Source: Thermoplasmata archaeon (GTDB lineage Archaea; Thermoplasmatota; Thermoplasmata; Lutacidiplasmatales; UBA184). From it: a stretch of DNA of 38,638 bases. The translations under genes were made by a program, and so were the position numbers. Where the stretch lies: contig JASHRQ010000013.1 of assembly GCA_030037265.1 (NCBI GenBank), positions 1 through 38,638 of the forward strand, read 5' to 3'. The notes under the pieces were generated by a model. The model was not told the origin of the DNA. It saw only the letters and a program-made list of their open reading frames with translations, and did not search any database. Below, in pieces: positions 7,709 through 16,270 of this stretch (its first letter is position 1; the number at the start of each line of letters is the position of its first letter).

Positions 7709-9427
7709 ATGGCAGCGGTCCGTCCTCCGACCTACGTGGTCCGGGCCGGCCTCTCGATGGGCGTGGTGGTGGTCGCTGCCATCGTGCTGGGCTCTCACAC
7801 GTTCGGCTTCGCGGGCTACTTGCCGCGCGCGACGCTCTACCTGTCCTACTCCTTCGTCCGGATGGTCCTCGCGTACTTCGCGTCCCTGGGCTTCGCCATC
7901 GTCTACGGCTACTTCGCGGCCACGAACCGGGGCGCCGAACGGGTCATGATCCCGGTCCTCGACATCCTCCAGTCGGTCCCGATCCTGGCGTTCTTCCCGG
8001 TCGCGGTCATCGTGCTCGTCCAGTTGCTGGGCCCCCAGCTCCTCGGACCCAACCTCGCGTGCATCTTCCTCATTTTCACCTCGATGGCCTGGAACATGGT
8101 CTTCGGGGTCTACGAATCGGTGAAGTCGCTCCCCACCGACCTCCGCGAGGCGGCCGACACCTTCGGGCTCTCGGGACTCCAGCGGTTCCGGCTGCTCCTG
8201 TTCCCCGCGATGGTCAACCGGCTCGTGTACAACTCGGTCCTCTCGTGGACCGGCGGCTGGTTCTTCCTCGTGGCCGCGGAGTACATCGCCTCGTCCGGCA
8301 TCAAGATCAACCTCCCCGGCATCGGGAGCTATCTCCTCACCGCCGCGAACAATGGGAACAGCTCGGCGCTTCTCGCCGGGCTGCTGGTCCTGGTCGTCCT
8401 CATCGTGCTCCTCGACCTGTTGCTCTGGCGCCCGCTCAGTCGGTGGGCCGAGAAGTACCGCTACGACACGGCCCCGAGCGGCGAGGACGCTGCCCCGGAG
8501 GGCTTCGTCGTCACGAACCGCGCGACCGCCCCGTTGCGCCGGGCGGTCACCGTGCTGGCCCGCGGCGCGCGCGCCGGGTTCCTCACCGCGTCGACGCCGT
8601 TCGTGACGTTGGGCCGGTACGCGCGTCGTCGCGTGGCCTCGCACCCGGGCTTCAAACTCCAGCACGCGGCCCGGTACGTCGGCCTCGGGGTCCTGCTGAT
8701 CCTCATCTGGTTGCTGCTGATCTATCTCGGGGTGTCGATCTACGGGGTGGTCGTCCATCCGCTGAGCGCCCTCGACCGGGCGCAGATCGCCACCCTCCCG
8801 GTCGCGTTGGCCTCCTCGCTCGGGCGGATTCTCGCCGCGTTCGGAATCTCGTTCGCGATCTCGTTCCCGCTCGCGCTCTGGCTGACCCGACGCCCGCGCG
8901 CCGGGCGGATCGGCCTCCCGCTGGTGGAGATCGTCGCGTCACTCCCCGCGACGGCGATCTTCCCCTTGATCGTCTTCGCGTTGCTCCGCTACTTCGGCGA
9001 CCAGCTCGCCTCGATCCTGATGCTCACGACCGGGATGATCTGGTACCTCTTCTTCAACGTCCTCTCCGGGATGCGCGCGGTGCCGCCGGACCTCGAGGAG
9101 GCGTCGAAGTCGTTCGGCGTCCGGGGACGACCCTACTACCGCCGGGTCCTCTTGCCGGCGATCTTCCCCGCGCTCATCACCGGCTCGATCACCGCCTTCG
9201 GCGGGGGTTGGAACACCGTGATCGTCGCGGAGTACCTCGCCGGGCCGACGAAGCCGATCTTCCAGGTTTCCGGCATCGGCCAGCTCCTCGAGGTCGGCTA
9301 TACCGAGGGGAGCTACGGCGTGTTCGTCGCCGCGCTGTTCACGCTCATCATCACGGTGATCGTCCTCAATGAGCTCGTCTGGAAGCCCCTGTACCGGCGG
9401 GCGGTCGAGAAATACCGGTACGACTGA
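7709..9427 (+). CDS. ABC transporter permease, duplicated (two fused NitT/TauT-like permease domains; COG4986-like)
   Basis: Two homologous polytopic halves, each with the binding-protein-dependent transport EAA-type loop region (...LREAADTFGLSGLQRFRLLLFPA... and ...LEEASKSFGVRGRPYYRRVLLPA...). I chose ATG 7709 because the upstream part of the track ORF is Arg/Pro-rich. Confidence 0.8.
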   Translation: MAAVRPPTYVVRAGLSMGVVVVAAIVLGSHTFGFAGYLPRATLYLSYSFVRMVLAYFASLGFAIVYGYFAATNRGAERVMIPVLDILQSVPILAFFPVAVIVLVQLLGPQLLGPNLACIFLIFTSMAWNMVFGVYESVKSLPTDLREAADTFGLSGLQRFRLLLFPAMVNRLVYNSVLSWTGGWFFLVAAEYIASSGIKINLPGIGSYLLTAANNGNSSALLAGLLVLVVLIVLLDLLLWRPLSRWAEKYRYDTAPSGEDAAPEGFVVTNRATAPLRRAVTVLARGARAGFLTASTPFVTLGRYARRRVASHPGFKLQHAARYVGLGVLLILIWLLLIYLGVSIYGVVVHPLSALDRAQIATLPVALASSLGRILAAFGISFAISFPLALWLTRRPRAGRIGLPLVEIVASLPATAIFPLIVFALLRYFGDQLASILMLTTGMIWYLFFNVLSGMRAVPPDLEEASKSFGVRGRPYYRRVLLPAIFPALITGSITAFGGGWNTVIVAEYLAGPTKPIFQVSGIGQLLEVGYTEGSYGVFVAALFTLIITVIVLNELVWKPLYRRAVEKYRYD

Positions 9428-9453
9428 CGGGGAAGGGTCGGGAAGCGGTCTCC

Positions 9454-10305
9454 GTGGCGCTCATCGAGGTCGACGGCGTCGAGAAGAGCTTCCCCTCGCA
9501 CCACGGTACGATCGCGATCATCAAGGGCGCCTCGTTCGACATCGCGCACGGGTCGCTGGTCGCGATCGTGGGGCCGTCCGGCGCGGGGAAGTCCACGCTG
9601 CTCCGCATGATCCAGGGGCTCGACCGCCCGACCGCCGGAGAGATCCGGTTCCGGGGCCAGCCCGTCGTTTCCCCGAACCTCGAGATGGCGATGGTGTTCC
9701 AGAGCTTCGCGCTCATGCCGTGGCTCACGATCAAGGAAAACGTCGCGTTCGGCCTCGTCGCCCGAGGGTGGGCCCCGGCGCGGATCGAGAAGGCCGTCGA
9801 GCGGTACATCTCGGTCACCGGGCTCGTCGGGTTCGAGGAGGCGTACCCCCGAGAGCTGTCCGGCGGCATGCGCCAGCGCGTGGGGCTCGCCCGGGCGCTC
9901 GCCGTCGAGCCCGCGGTGCTCCTGATGGACGAGCCGTTCTCCTCGCTGGACGTGCTGACCGCGGAGGGGCTTCGCGAGGAGGTCCTCCAGCTCTGGCAGG
10001 ACCCTCAGCTCCCGCCCGAGGCGGTGGTGCTGGTCACCCACAACATCGAGGAGGCGCTCGTGATGGCCGACTCGATCGTCGTCCTGTCCCACCGCCCGAG
10101 CCGGGTGCTCGAGGTCGTCCCGGTGGGGCTCCCCCGCCCGAGGGACCGGAAGTCGAGCGCGTTCTACGAGCTCACCGACCACCTGTACTCGCTCATCACC
10201 GAGGGAGCCCCTCCCGGGCCGACCCCCGCGGGTCCGTCGGAGAGGGGAGCCTCGCTGCCGGGGGTGGGCCCCGCGGCAGGAGGTGGCGCGAACGTCAGCC
10301 ACTGA
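9454..10305 (+). CDS. ABC transporter ATP-binding protein (nitrate/sulfonate/taurine-type)
   Basis: Walker A GPSGAGKST, signature LSGGMRQRV, Walker B LLMDEPFSSLD, H-loop VTHN. Confidence 0.9.
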   Translation: MALIEVDGVEKSFPSHHGTIAIIKGASFDIAHGSLVAIVGPSGAGKSTLLRMIQGLDRPTAGEIRFRGQPVVSPNLEMAMVFQSFALMPWLTIKENVAFGLVARGWAPARIEKAVERYISVTGLVGFEEAYPRELSGGMRQRVGLARALAVEPAVLLMDEPFSSLDVLTAEGLREEVLQLWQDPQLPPEAVVLVTHNIEEALVMADSIVVLSHRPSRVLEVVPVGLPRPRDRKSSAFYELTDHLYSLITEGAPPGPTPAGPSERGASLPGVGPAAGGGANVSH

Positions 10306-10376
10306 CCGGGCTCCGCGATAGGCTTTTAGCGAATCGACCTGCTCCGGGAACCACACCCGAGGAGAACGCGAGGGCC

Positions 10377-11048
10377 GTGCCCACCACGTATCCCAAGTGC
10401 TCGCCCAGCGAGATGATGGGCCTCCTGGTGCTCCTGAAGGAGTACAAGGGGACGGAGGAGATCGCTCGGCTCGGCGACGACCTCGACCTCGAGATCGACG
10501 AGATCCTGCCGTCGCTCGACTACGCGGAGGCGCTGGGCCTCGTCAGGGTGGGCGACGGGCGGATGACGTTCACCGAGACCGGGCGGCTGCTCCTGGACGC
10601 CTCGATCCGGGACCGGAAGACGATCCTCCGGGACCAGCTCCGGCGGACGACGCTGTTCAAGACGCTCCTCCGGGCGCTGGAGGGGGCTCCGGAGCAGCGG
10701 CTGTCGGAGGAGGACGTGCAGCGGCTGCTCGCGTTCACCACCGCGCCGAGCGACCTGCTGGTGCAGAACATCATCAACTGGGGACGGTACGCGGGCCTGT
10801 TCCGGTACGACTCGGACGAGCACGTGCTGCTCCCGATCCGTTCCCGCGTCTCCGGCCGCACCCCGCCCTCCTCTCCGCCCGGCCCGTCGGCGTCGTCCGC
10901 GTTCTCCCCGGCCTCCGGCGTCGCCCGGGGCACGCCGGGAGAGGACGCCCCGAGAGAACAGGCGGCCCCATTGGGGCACCCTCCCGAGCTGCTCCGGCCC
11001 ATCGACCGGCGTCGGGCCGGCGGCGGTCCGTCGGCCCATGCCCTTTAG
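10377..11048 (+). CDS. AAA-associated domain protein accompanying the anion ABC system (COG4754-like), with a Pro/Ser-rich C-terminal tail
   Basis: MMGLLVLLKEYKGTEEIARLGDDLDLEIDEILPSLDYAEALGLV...INWGRYAGLFRYD resembles the C-terminal AAA-associated domain found with these ABC ATPases. Start is GTG 10377 or ATG 10413. Confidence 0.6.
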   Translation: MPTTYPKCSPSEMMGLLVLLKEYKGTEEIARLGDDLDLEIDEILPSLDYAEALGLVRVGDGRMTFTETGRLLLDASIRDRKTILRDQLRRTTLFKTLLRALEGAPEQRLSEEDVQRLLAFTTAPSDLLVQNIINWGRYAGLFRYDSDEHVLLPIRSRVSGRTPPSSPPGPSASSAFSPASGVARGTPGEDAPREQAAPLGHPPELLRPIDRRRAGGGPSAHAL

Positions 11049-11063
11049 GCGTTAAGACCAAAC

Positions 11064-11071
11064 CCTTTAGC
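11064..11071 (+). promoter_or_regulatory. TATA-like box (CCTTTAGC) for tRNA-Ala
   Basis: About 29 nt upstream of the tRNA 5' end at 11096. Confidence 0.4.
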
Positions 11072-11095
11072 TCGGGCGACCGTGGGCCGCCCCGC

Positions 11096-11167
11096 GGGCA
11101 CGTAGATCAGCGGAAGATCGCTGCTTTCGCAAAGCAGAGGTCGGGGGTTCAAATCCCCCCGTGTCCA
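11096..11167 (+). tRNA. tRNA-Ala(CGC), no intron, CCA not encoded
   Basis: GGGCACG-TA-GATC-AGCGGAA-GATC-G-CTGCT-TTCGCAA-AGCAG-AGGTC-GGGGG-TTCAAAT-CCCCC-CGTGTCC-A. The G3:U70 alanine identity pair is present. Confidence 0.9.
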
Positions 11168-11372
11168 CCTCCTTCCCTTCGGTTCGAGGCCCGGGGGAAT
11201 CGCCGGGGGCGTCGGGCCGTTGCCGGACCCGGGGAGGGGGTCGAACCCGCCGACGCGGTCGCCGGAAACTGACCCCGGTCGACCGGGGGGACCGAAACGG
11301 TCGACGGACCTGAGGGACGGTCAATCTCCGTTCACGGGCGCCCCAAATAGAGCGCCCGGCCCCTCGGCCGCG

Positions 11373-13190
11373 ATGACCGCCGACGTCTACCACGCGGACC
11401 AGGTCCGCATCACGCCGAAGAGCTACAGCCTAGAACCCGTAAAGCTGCCGCCCGGGGCCGCGCTGACCGGGCGCCTGTTCGATGGGCCGCCCGCCCTCGT
11501 CAAGGCGGAAGCCGCGGCCGCGACGTACCGGATGAAGGTCGAAAAGAACGTCCGGGTGGCGCTGCGCGACGGGGTCCACCTCGCCGTCGACGTCTACCTG
11601 CCGGACGCGCCGGGGGAGAAGTTCCCCTGCCTGCTCGCCTGGGGGATGTGGGGGAAGGACAACCAGGAGACGGTCCTCTGGCTGAAGCAGTACCCGCAGC
11701 CGTACTACGACAGCCCCTGGTGGGACGGCGGCCTCGAGGGGGGCGACATCGAGTACTTCGTCTCCCGGGGATACGTCTACGTGATCCCGGACCCCCGCGG
11801 CGAGGGAGAGTCGGAAGGGGACCCCCCGCGCAGCCTGGTCGACCTCCACCGGCCGGACGACATCTACGACGTCATCGAGTGGGCCGCCCGGCAGCCGTGG
11901 TCGACCGGCAAGGTCGGCATGGTCGGGCCGAGCTCCTACTCGTTCTCGCAGTTCATCGTCGCTCCCAACGCCCCGCCGCACCTCGCCGCGCTCTTCCCGA
12001 TCGGCTCGTTCTACCCGCCGGCCGACCCGTTCACCGGGATGATCGACGCGGCGCTCTACGGGATCTTCCACGGCGGCCACATCCACGACTCGACGCATCC
12101 GGTCCGCCAGTGGGGCCGGCCGCTCTCGTTCGACGCGCTCCCGAAGGAGGAGCTCGCCCGCCGGATGAAGGAGATGCTCGAGCACCCGGACATCCGCTAC
12201 CACGCGAAGTTCCGGTCGTCGCTCGTCTACCCTCGCGAGCCGGTGATGGTCGATTACCTGCTGTCCGCGTTCCATCCGGAACCGATCCCGGACGGGCTCG
12301 ACCGGGTCACGGTGCCGTTCTACGTCGGCGTGCCGGCGCCCGGGGGCGGCGGGGGCCGGATCTACTGGGTCGGCTACGAGGCGTACAACAAGCTCCGCTC
12401 GAAGGCGAAGAAGTTCCTCGACTTCATCCCCGGGGAGTTCGCGCGGCCGGTCGTCGAGTTCCAGTACGAGACGCTCCGGTGGCACGACCACTTCCTGAAG
12501 GGCGTCGACAACGGGATCACCGACGAGCCGCCGGTGAAGCTGTTCGTGGGCGGCGTCAACAAGTGGAAGTTCGAGACCGAGTGGCCTCCGGCCGCGACCC
12601 GGTACACCCGCCTCTACCTGCACCCGGGAAAGCAGCTGTACCCGCTCCCCGAGAGCCACGCGCGGCCCGACACGCTCCACCAGCCGATGCTCCTCAAGGA
12701 CCCGACCGTCTACGCGCTCGCGTACACCTCGCCGCGCTACGAGCGGGCGACCCAGATCATCGGTCCGGCGGCGCTCCATCTCGAGGCGACGATCGACCAG
12801 GACGACGTGAACTGGCTCGCCCAGGTGGTCGACGTCGCGCCGGACGGGACGCAGCAGCTGATGACCGAGGGCTGGCTGCGGGCCGGCTTCCGGGCGCTCG
12901 ACGAGCGCGCGTCGAAGCCGGAGGCCCCCGTGCACCTCCGGCAGGCGCCCGTCCCCGTGCCCGTCGGCGAGCGCGTGCGCTACGCGATCAACCTCATGCC
13001 GACCTCCTGGATCGTGCCCGCCGGCCACGCGGTCCGCCTCTTGCTCCGGACGCAGGACGACCTGTTCGGCCGGCTCGCCGTCGCGGGGGTCTACTTCCTC
13101 CCGCGGATGGTCGACGTGAGCGCCGACGTCCACTTCGGACCCGACAGCTACCTCGTGCTCGCGACGCAGCCCGAGGCGCCGGCCCTCTGA
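11373..13190 (+). CDS. CocE/NonD family hydrolase (X-Pro dipeptidyl-peptidase S15-like alpha/beta hydrolase)
   Basis: VRVALRDGVHLAVDVYLPD...YVYVIPDPRGEGESEG...WSTGKVGMVGPSSYSFSQ plus a C-terminal beta-sandwich region. ATG 11373 is preceded by CAAATAGAG at 11344-11352. Confidence 0.8.
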   Translation: MTADVYHADQVRITPKSYSLEPVKLPPGAALTGRLFDGPPALVKAEAAAATYRMKVEKNVRVALRDGVHLAVDVYLPDAPGEKFPCLLAWGMWGKDNQETVLWLKQYPQPYYDSPWWDGGLEGGDIEYFVSRGYVYVIPDPRGEGESEGDPPRSLVDLHRPDDIYDVIEWAARQPWSTGKVGMVGPSSYSFSQFIVAPNAPPHLAALFPIGSFYPPADPFTGMIDAALYGIFHGGHIHDSTHPVRQWGRPLSFDALPKEELARRMKEMLEHPDIRYHAKFRSSLVYPREPVMVDYLLSAFHPEPIPDGLDRVTVPFYVGVPAPGGGGGRIYWVGYEAYNKLRSKAKKFLDFIPGEFARPVVEFQYETLRWHDHFLKGVDNGITDEPPVKLFVGGVNKWKFETEWPPAATRYTRLYLHPGKQLYPLPESHARPDTLHQPMLLKDPTVYALAYTSPRYERATQIIGPAALHLEATIDQDDVNWLAQVVDVAPDGTQQLMTEGWLRAGFRALDERASKPEAPVHLRQAPVPVPVGERVRYAINLMPTSWIVPAGHAVRLLLRTQDDLFGRLAVAGVYFLPRMVDVSADVHFGPDSYLVLATQPEAPAL

Positions 13191-13214
13191 GCCGGTCCAC
13201 CGGGGGAAGGGACG

Positions 13215-14411
13215 ATGACGACACGGGGCACGCCGGGTGCGCCGCCGGTCTACCGCTGGGTGATCCTCGCCGCGGTCACGCTCGCCTTCATGGGGAGCTA
13301 CGGGTTCGCGTTCGCCGTCATCGGCCCGCTCGTCCCGGAACTGTCGTCGGCGTTCGGGATCGGCCTCACCGAGGCCGGCCTCATCTCGACGCTCATGTTC
13401 GCCGGCGCGGCCGTGATGTCGATCCCCGCGGGGCTGCTGGTCGACCGGTGGGGCGTACGGCGCACCGTCGCGCTCGCCCAGGGCGTGCTCGTGGTCGGAT
13501 GGGTCGGCGCGTACTTCTCGCCGTCCTTCCCCGCGGTGCTGGCCGCCCGGGCGGTCGTCGGCCTCGGTGGGATCACGATGGGGGTCGTCGGAGCGGCGGC
13601 GCTCGTCCAGTGGTTCCAGCCGCGCGCGCTCGGCCTCCCGATGGGGGTCTGGGCCGCCGGCCTGCCGATCGGCATCGCGTGGGGCACTCCCCTCGCGGGG
13701 GCGATCATCGCGAGCGCCGGCTGGCGGGCCGCGTTCCTCGCCGGCTCGGTCATCGCCGTCCTCTGCCTCGTCCTCGTCCTCGCGACCGTGCGGCCCGGTC
13801 CGATTCGCCCGCCCCCGGCACCCGCCGGCGCCGGCGTCTCTCCCCGGCGCGTCTTCACGAGCCCGGAGGTCTGGAAATTCAACCTCGCGCTGTTCTTCGC
13901 GTTCGTGCCGTTCATGGCGGTCACCACGTACTGGGTGACCTGGCTCTCGGCGGTGAAGTCGATCTCCTCGCTCAGCACCGCGAGCAACATCACGGGCCTC
14001 ATCGGGATCGCCGGGATCGTCGGCGCGGTCGCGGCCGGCGCGATCGCGATGAAGATCAAGCGCTCGAAGCCGGTCTTCGTCGCGGCCTGCGCGGTGTTCG
14101 CGCTCGGGCTGCTCGCCTTCCTCGGGGTCACCGGGATCCTGGGGATCGTCGTCGTGAGCCTGGTGGTCGGCCTCGCGAGCTACATGCTCGCGACGATGAT
14201 GTTCGACATCCCTCCGCTCCTGGTCGAGCCCCAGTTCACGGGCACCGCGCTCGGCATCGCGGTGACCTTCTTCAACATCGCCGGGATCGTCGGCCCGATC
14301 GTCCTCGGGGCGGCGTTCTCGTCGACCGGGGCGCTGCTCTGGCCCTGCACGATCATGGTCGTGTCGCTGGTCGTCGCGGCCCTCCTAGCGCAATCGATGC
14401 GGATTCGGTAG
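13215..14411 (+). CDS. MFS transporter
   Basis: About 12 hydrophobic segments and the loop motif LLVDRWGVRRT. Confidence 0.75.
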   Translation: MTTRGTPGAPPVYRWVILAAVTLAFMGSYGFAFAVIGPLVPELSSAFGIGLTEAGLISTLMFAGAAVMSIPAGLLVDRWGVRRTVALAQGVLVVGWVGAYFSPSFPAVLAARAVVGLGGITMGVVGAAALVQWFQPRALGLPMGVWAAGLPIGIAWGTPLAGAIIASAGWRAAFLAGSVIAVLCLVLVLATVRPGPIRPPPAPAGAGVSPRRVFTSPEVWKFNLALFFAFVPFMAVTTYWVTWLSAVKSISSLSTASNITGLIGIAGIVGAVAAGAIAMKIKRSKPVFVAACAVFALGLLAFLGVTGILGIVVVSLVVGLASYMLATMMFDIPPLLVEPQFTGTALGIAVTFFNIAGIVGPIVLGAAFSSTGALLWPCTIMVVSLVVAALLAQSMRIR

Positions 14412-14965
14412 GTTGGGCCGTTCAGCGGAGGTCGGGAGGCGCGGACCACCCGACGGGCGTCGGAGGGACCCCTACGCCCCGGTACCGCCTCACGGGTGAC
14501 GCCGTTGGCTCGCACGCTGGCCAGCGGCCGCCTTGTCCTCCATCCCGCACGGTTCCGAACCGCATCGACGGCGGAGTTGGTTGCCGAAGTCGCCCCCGCG
14601 TCGACCCGCTGGTCGGTAGGGTACCGGGCGCGGTGGACTGCCCGGTAGAGTACAAGTAAGAGAACGGCGCCTGCCGCGGGTTCCATGTCCGGGACCACCG
14701 GGAGGCACGCTCGAGCCGGTCGCGGACCGGACAGCGGTGCGGGAACCCCCGGCGCGCGTCCGGAGGACACCCGTCACCTCCCGACGGTCCACGTGGTCCG
14801 GGCAGGGATGGCCTGCTCTCTCCGACGGCCCAACAATGGGCCGGGCCTCGGCGCGTCGCACGCGACGGGCGCGGAACCGGGGGGGGCAGCCGGTCCAACG
14901 GCCGGGCGGAGCGAGCATCCCGGGCGGTGGGGAGTCTGCCGCCCACCGAGGGGTGGGCGAGACGG

Positions 14966-15535
14966 ATGGCGACTCAGTTCCGCGTCGCACGGGAAGCGTC
15001 GGTTCGCCCAACTCACGAGGAGTACCTGCTTCGCTTCGGTGAGGCGCGATCCCGTTTCGAGGCGTCGGGGGGCAACAAGCCGTACGCGGCCTTCTGGACG
15101 TTGACGTACACCCCCGACGCCAAGCATCCCAGCGCCGGGGTTCGGTACTGCGTGCAGAGGAAGATGGCGAAATGGGTCCGAGGGCGCCGGGTGCTCCTCT
15201 ACCCCGGAGAGAACGCCCGGGTCTTCGTCATCCGTAGCTTCCGCGAGGCGGCGGAGCTCCGCCGGCGGCACGCCGGGAAGCTCGAGGCGGGGATGGACGC
15301 GTACGCCCGGGAGCGAGGAGGGCCGCCGCTCGGGCACCGAACGGCGGACGTGGACTGGCTCGCGGTCTCCGAGCGGTACGACGGGGTCCGCATCACGGCC
15401 ACGGGCGGGCGGGTCACGCGGTACCCGGAGGCCACGGACCTGCGCTTCTACGGCTGGGACTACGAGTCGACGGCATGGTTCCGCGATGGACTCGAACGGG
15501 TCGAGGTGCTTCCCTCGAGGAGCAACCTGGGATGA
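14966..15535 (+). CDS. Hypothetical protein (no recognisable domain)
   Basis: Balanced amino-acid composition (F/Y/W/K present), unlike the surrounding shadow ORFs. Its stop overlaps the next ATG (ATGA at 15532-15535). More A/T-ending codons than the core genes. GTG 14927 is an alternative start. Confidence 0.5.
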   Translation: MATQFRVAREASVRPTHEEYLLRFGEARSRFEASGGNKPYAAFWTLTYTPDAKHPSAGVRYCVQRKMAKWVRGRRVLLYPGENARVFVIRSFREAAELRRRHAGKLEAGMDAYARERGGPPLGHRTADVDWLAVSERYDGVRITATGGRVTRYPEATDLRFYGWDYESTAWFRDGLERVEVLPSRSNLG

Positions 15536-15965
15536 GCGACCCGGACCGCACCGAGGTGTACCCGCGCGTCTGGGTCGGGGGCACCACCTCGCAGCAGGGT
15601 CCCCGGGCGTGGTGATCGACCTGCGTCGAGCCTCCCTCGACGTCGCGGACGAGGGGGAGTCTGGTCCGGACCAACGCGTCGTACGGATCCCCGTGTTCGA
15701 CCCAGACGACGGTCCGTGGCGCGCCGACCCGGGGCTGCTCGACGACGCGCTCCGCACCATCTCGCACCACATCGACGCGGGAGAGATCGTCCTCGTCCGG
15801 TGCGCGTCCGGGGTCGAGCGGTCCCCAGCGGTCGTCGTGGCTTGGAGGGTCCGCCGGCTCGGCCTCTCTCCCGCCGAGGCGTACGCCCGGGTGCGGACCA
15901 ATCGGCCCCAAGTCGTGGAGGAGCTCGACATCATCCCGTTCACGTACGAGGAAAGGACCCGATGA
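15532..15965 (+). pseudogene. Cys-based protein phosphatase (dual-specificity/PTP-like, CX5R), apparently frameshifted
   Basis: The N-terminus MSDPDRTEVYPRVWVGGTTSQQ is in frame 1 and stops at 15613-15615. The rest (..GVVIDLRR...VLVRCASGVERSPAVV...) continues in the frame of track ORF 15486..15965. The switch lies near the run GGTCCCCGGGCG at about 15598-15609. Confidence 0.55.
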
Positions 15966-16270
15966 CCCGGCGGAGCCGCGCCGTTCACCGTTAGGCGCCG
16001 CGTTCGTTGCCGACGCGGACCGACGCCGTGCGGCGCATACGACGCTCGTCGGACCGGTGGCGGGACGAGCTATTGGACCCGACGGGGTGCGTCGGGATCC
16101 CTGTCGGGGCCGAGGACTGCGGGCGACTCACCGGAAGCATCGGTAGCAGACGACGCTGAAGCGTCCGTGACTCAACTTCCGGACGCCGGGCCGGGTCGAT
16201 CAGCGTTCTCCTTGGACGGTCGCGGGGCACGAAGTGCCGAGCCCTCGAGCTCTCGTCGCCGAGCACCCGG

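Noticed and set aside
11178-11251. T-arm-like strings (GGTTCGAGG, GGGTCGAACCC) that might be a further split or intron-containing tRNA
   Set aside because: I could not build an acceptor stem, D-arm or anticodon arm around them on either strand. I report them only as a low-interest observation.
14180-14770. A minus-strand 196-aa ORF and neighbouring ORFs (14422..14946, 14490..15011, 14685..15104, 14737..15042) in the long non-coding gap
   Set aside because: Arg/Pro/Gly-rich with no motifs. One runs antisense into the MFS gene. None has a plausible promoter or start context.
15966-16270. The 300-nt spacer between the phosphatase and the abiEii 3' end, with small hairpins (CCCGACG-GGGTG-CGTCGGG, GACGC-TGAA-GCGTC) and a 91-aa minus-strand ORF
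   Set aside because: The ORF is Arg/Ser/Pro-rich. The hairpins are short and expected by chance in GC-rich DNA. The region lies between convergent genes, so simple terminator or spacer function is the most economical reading.
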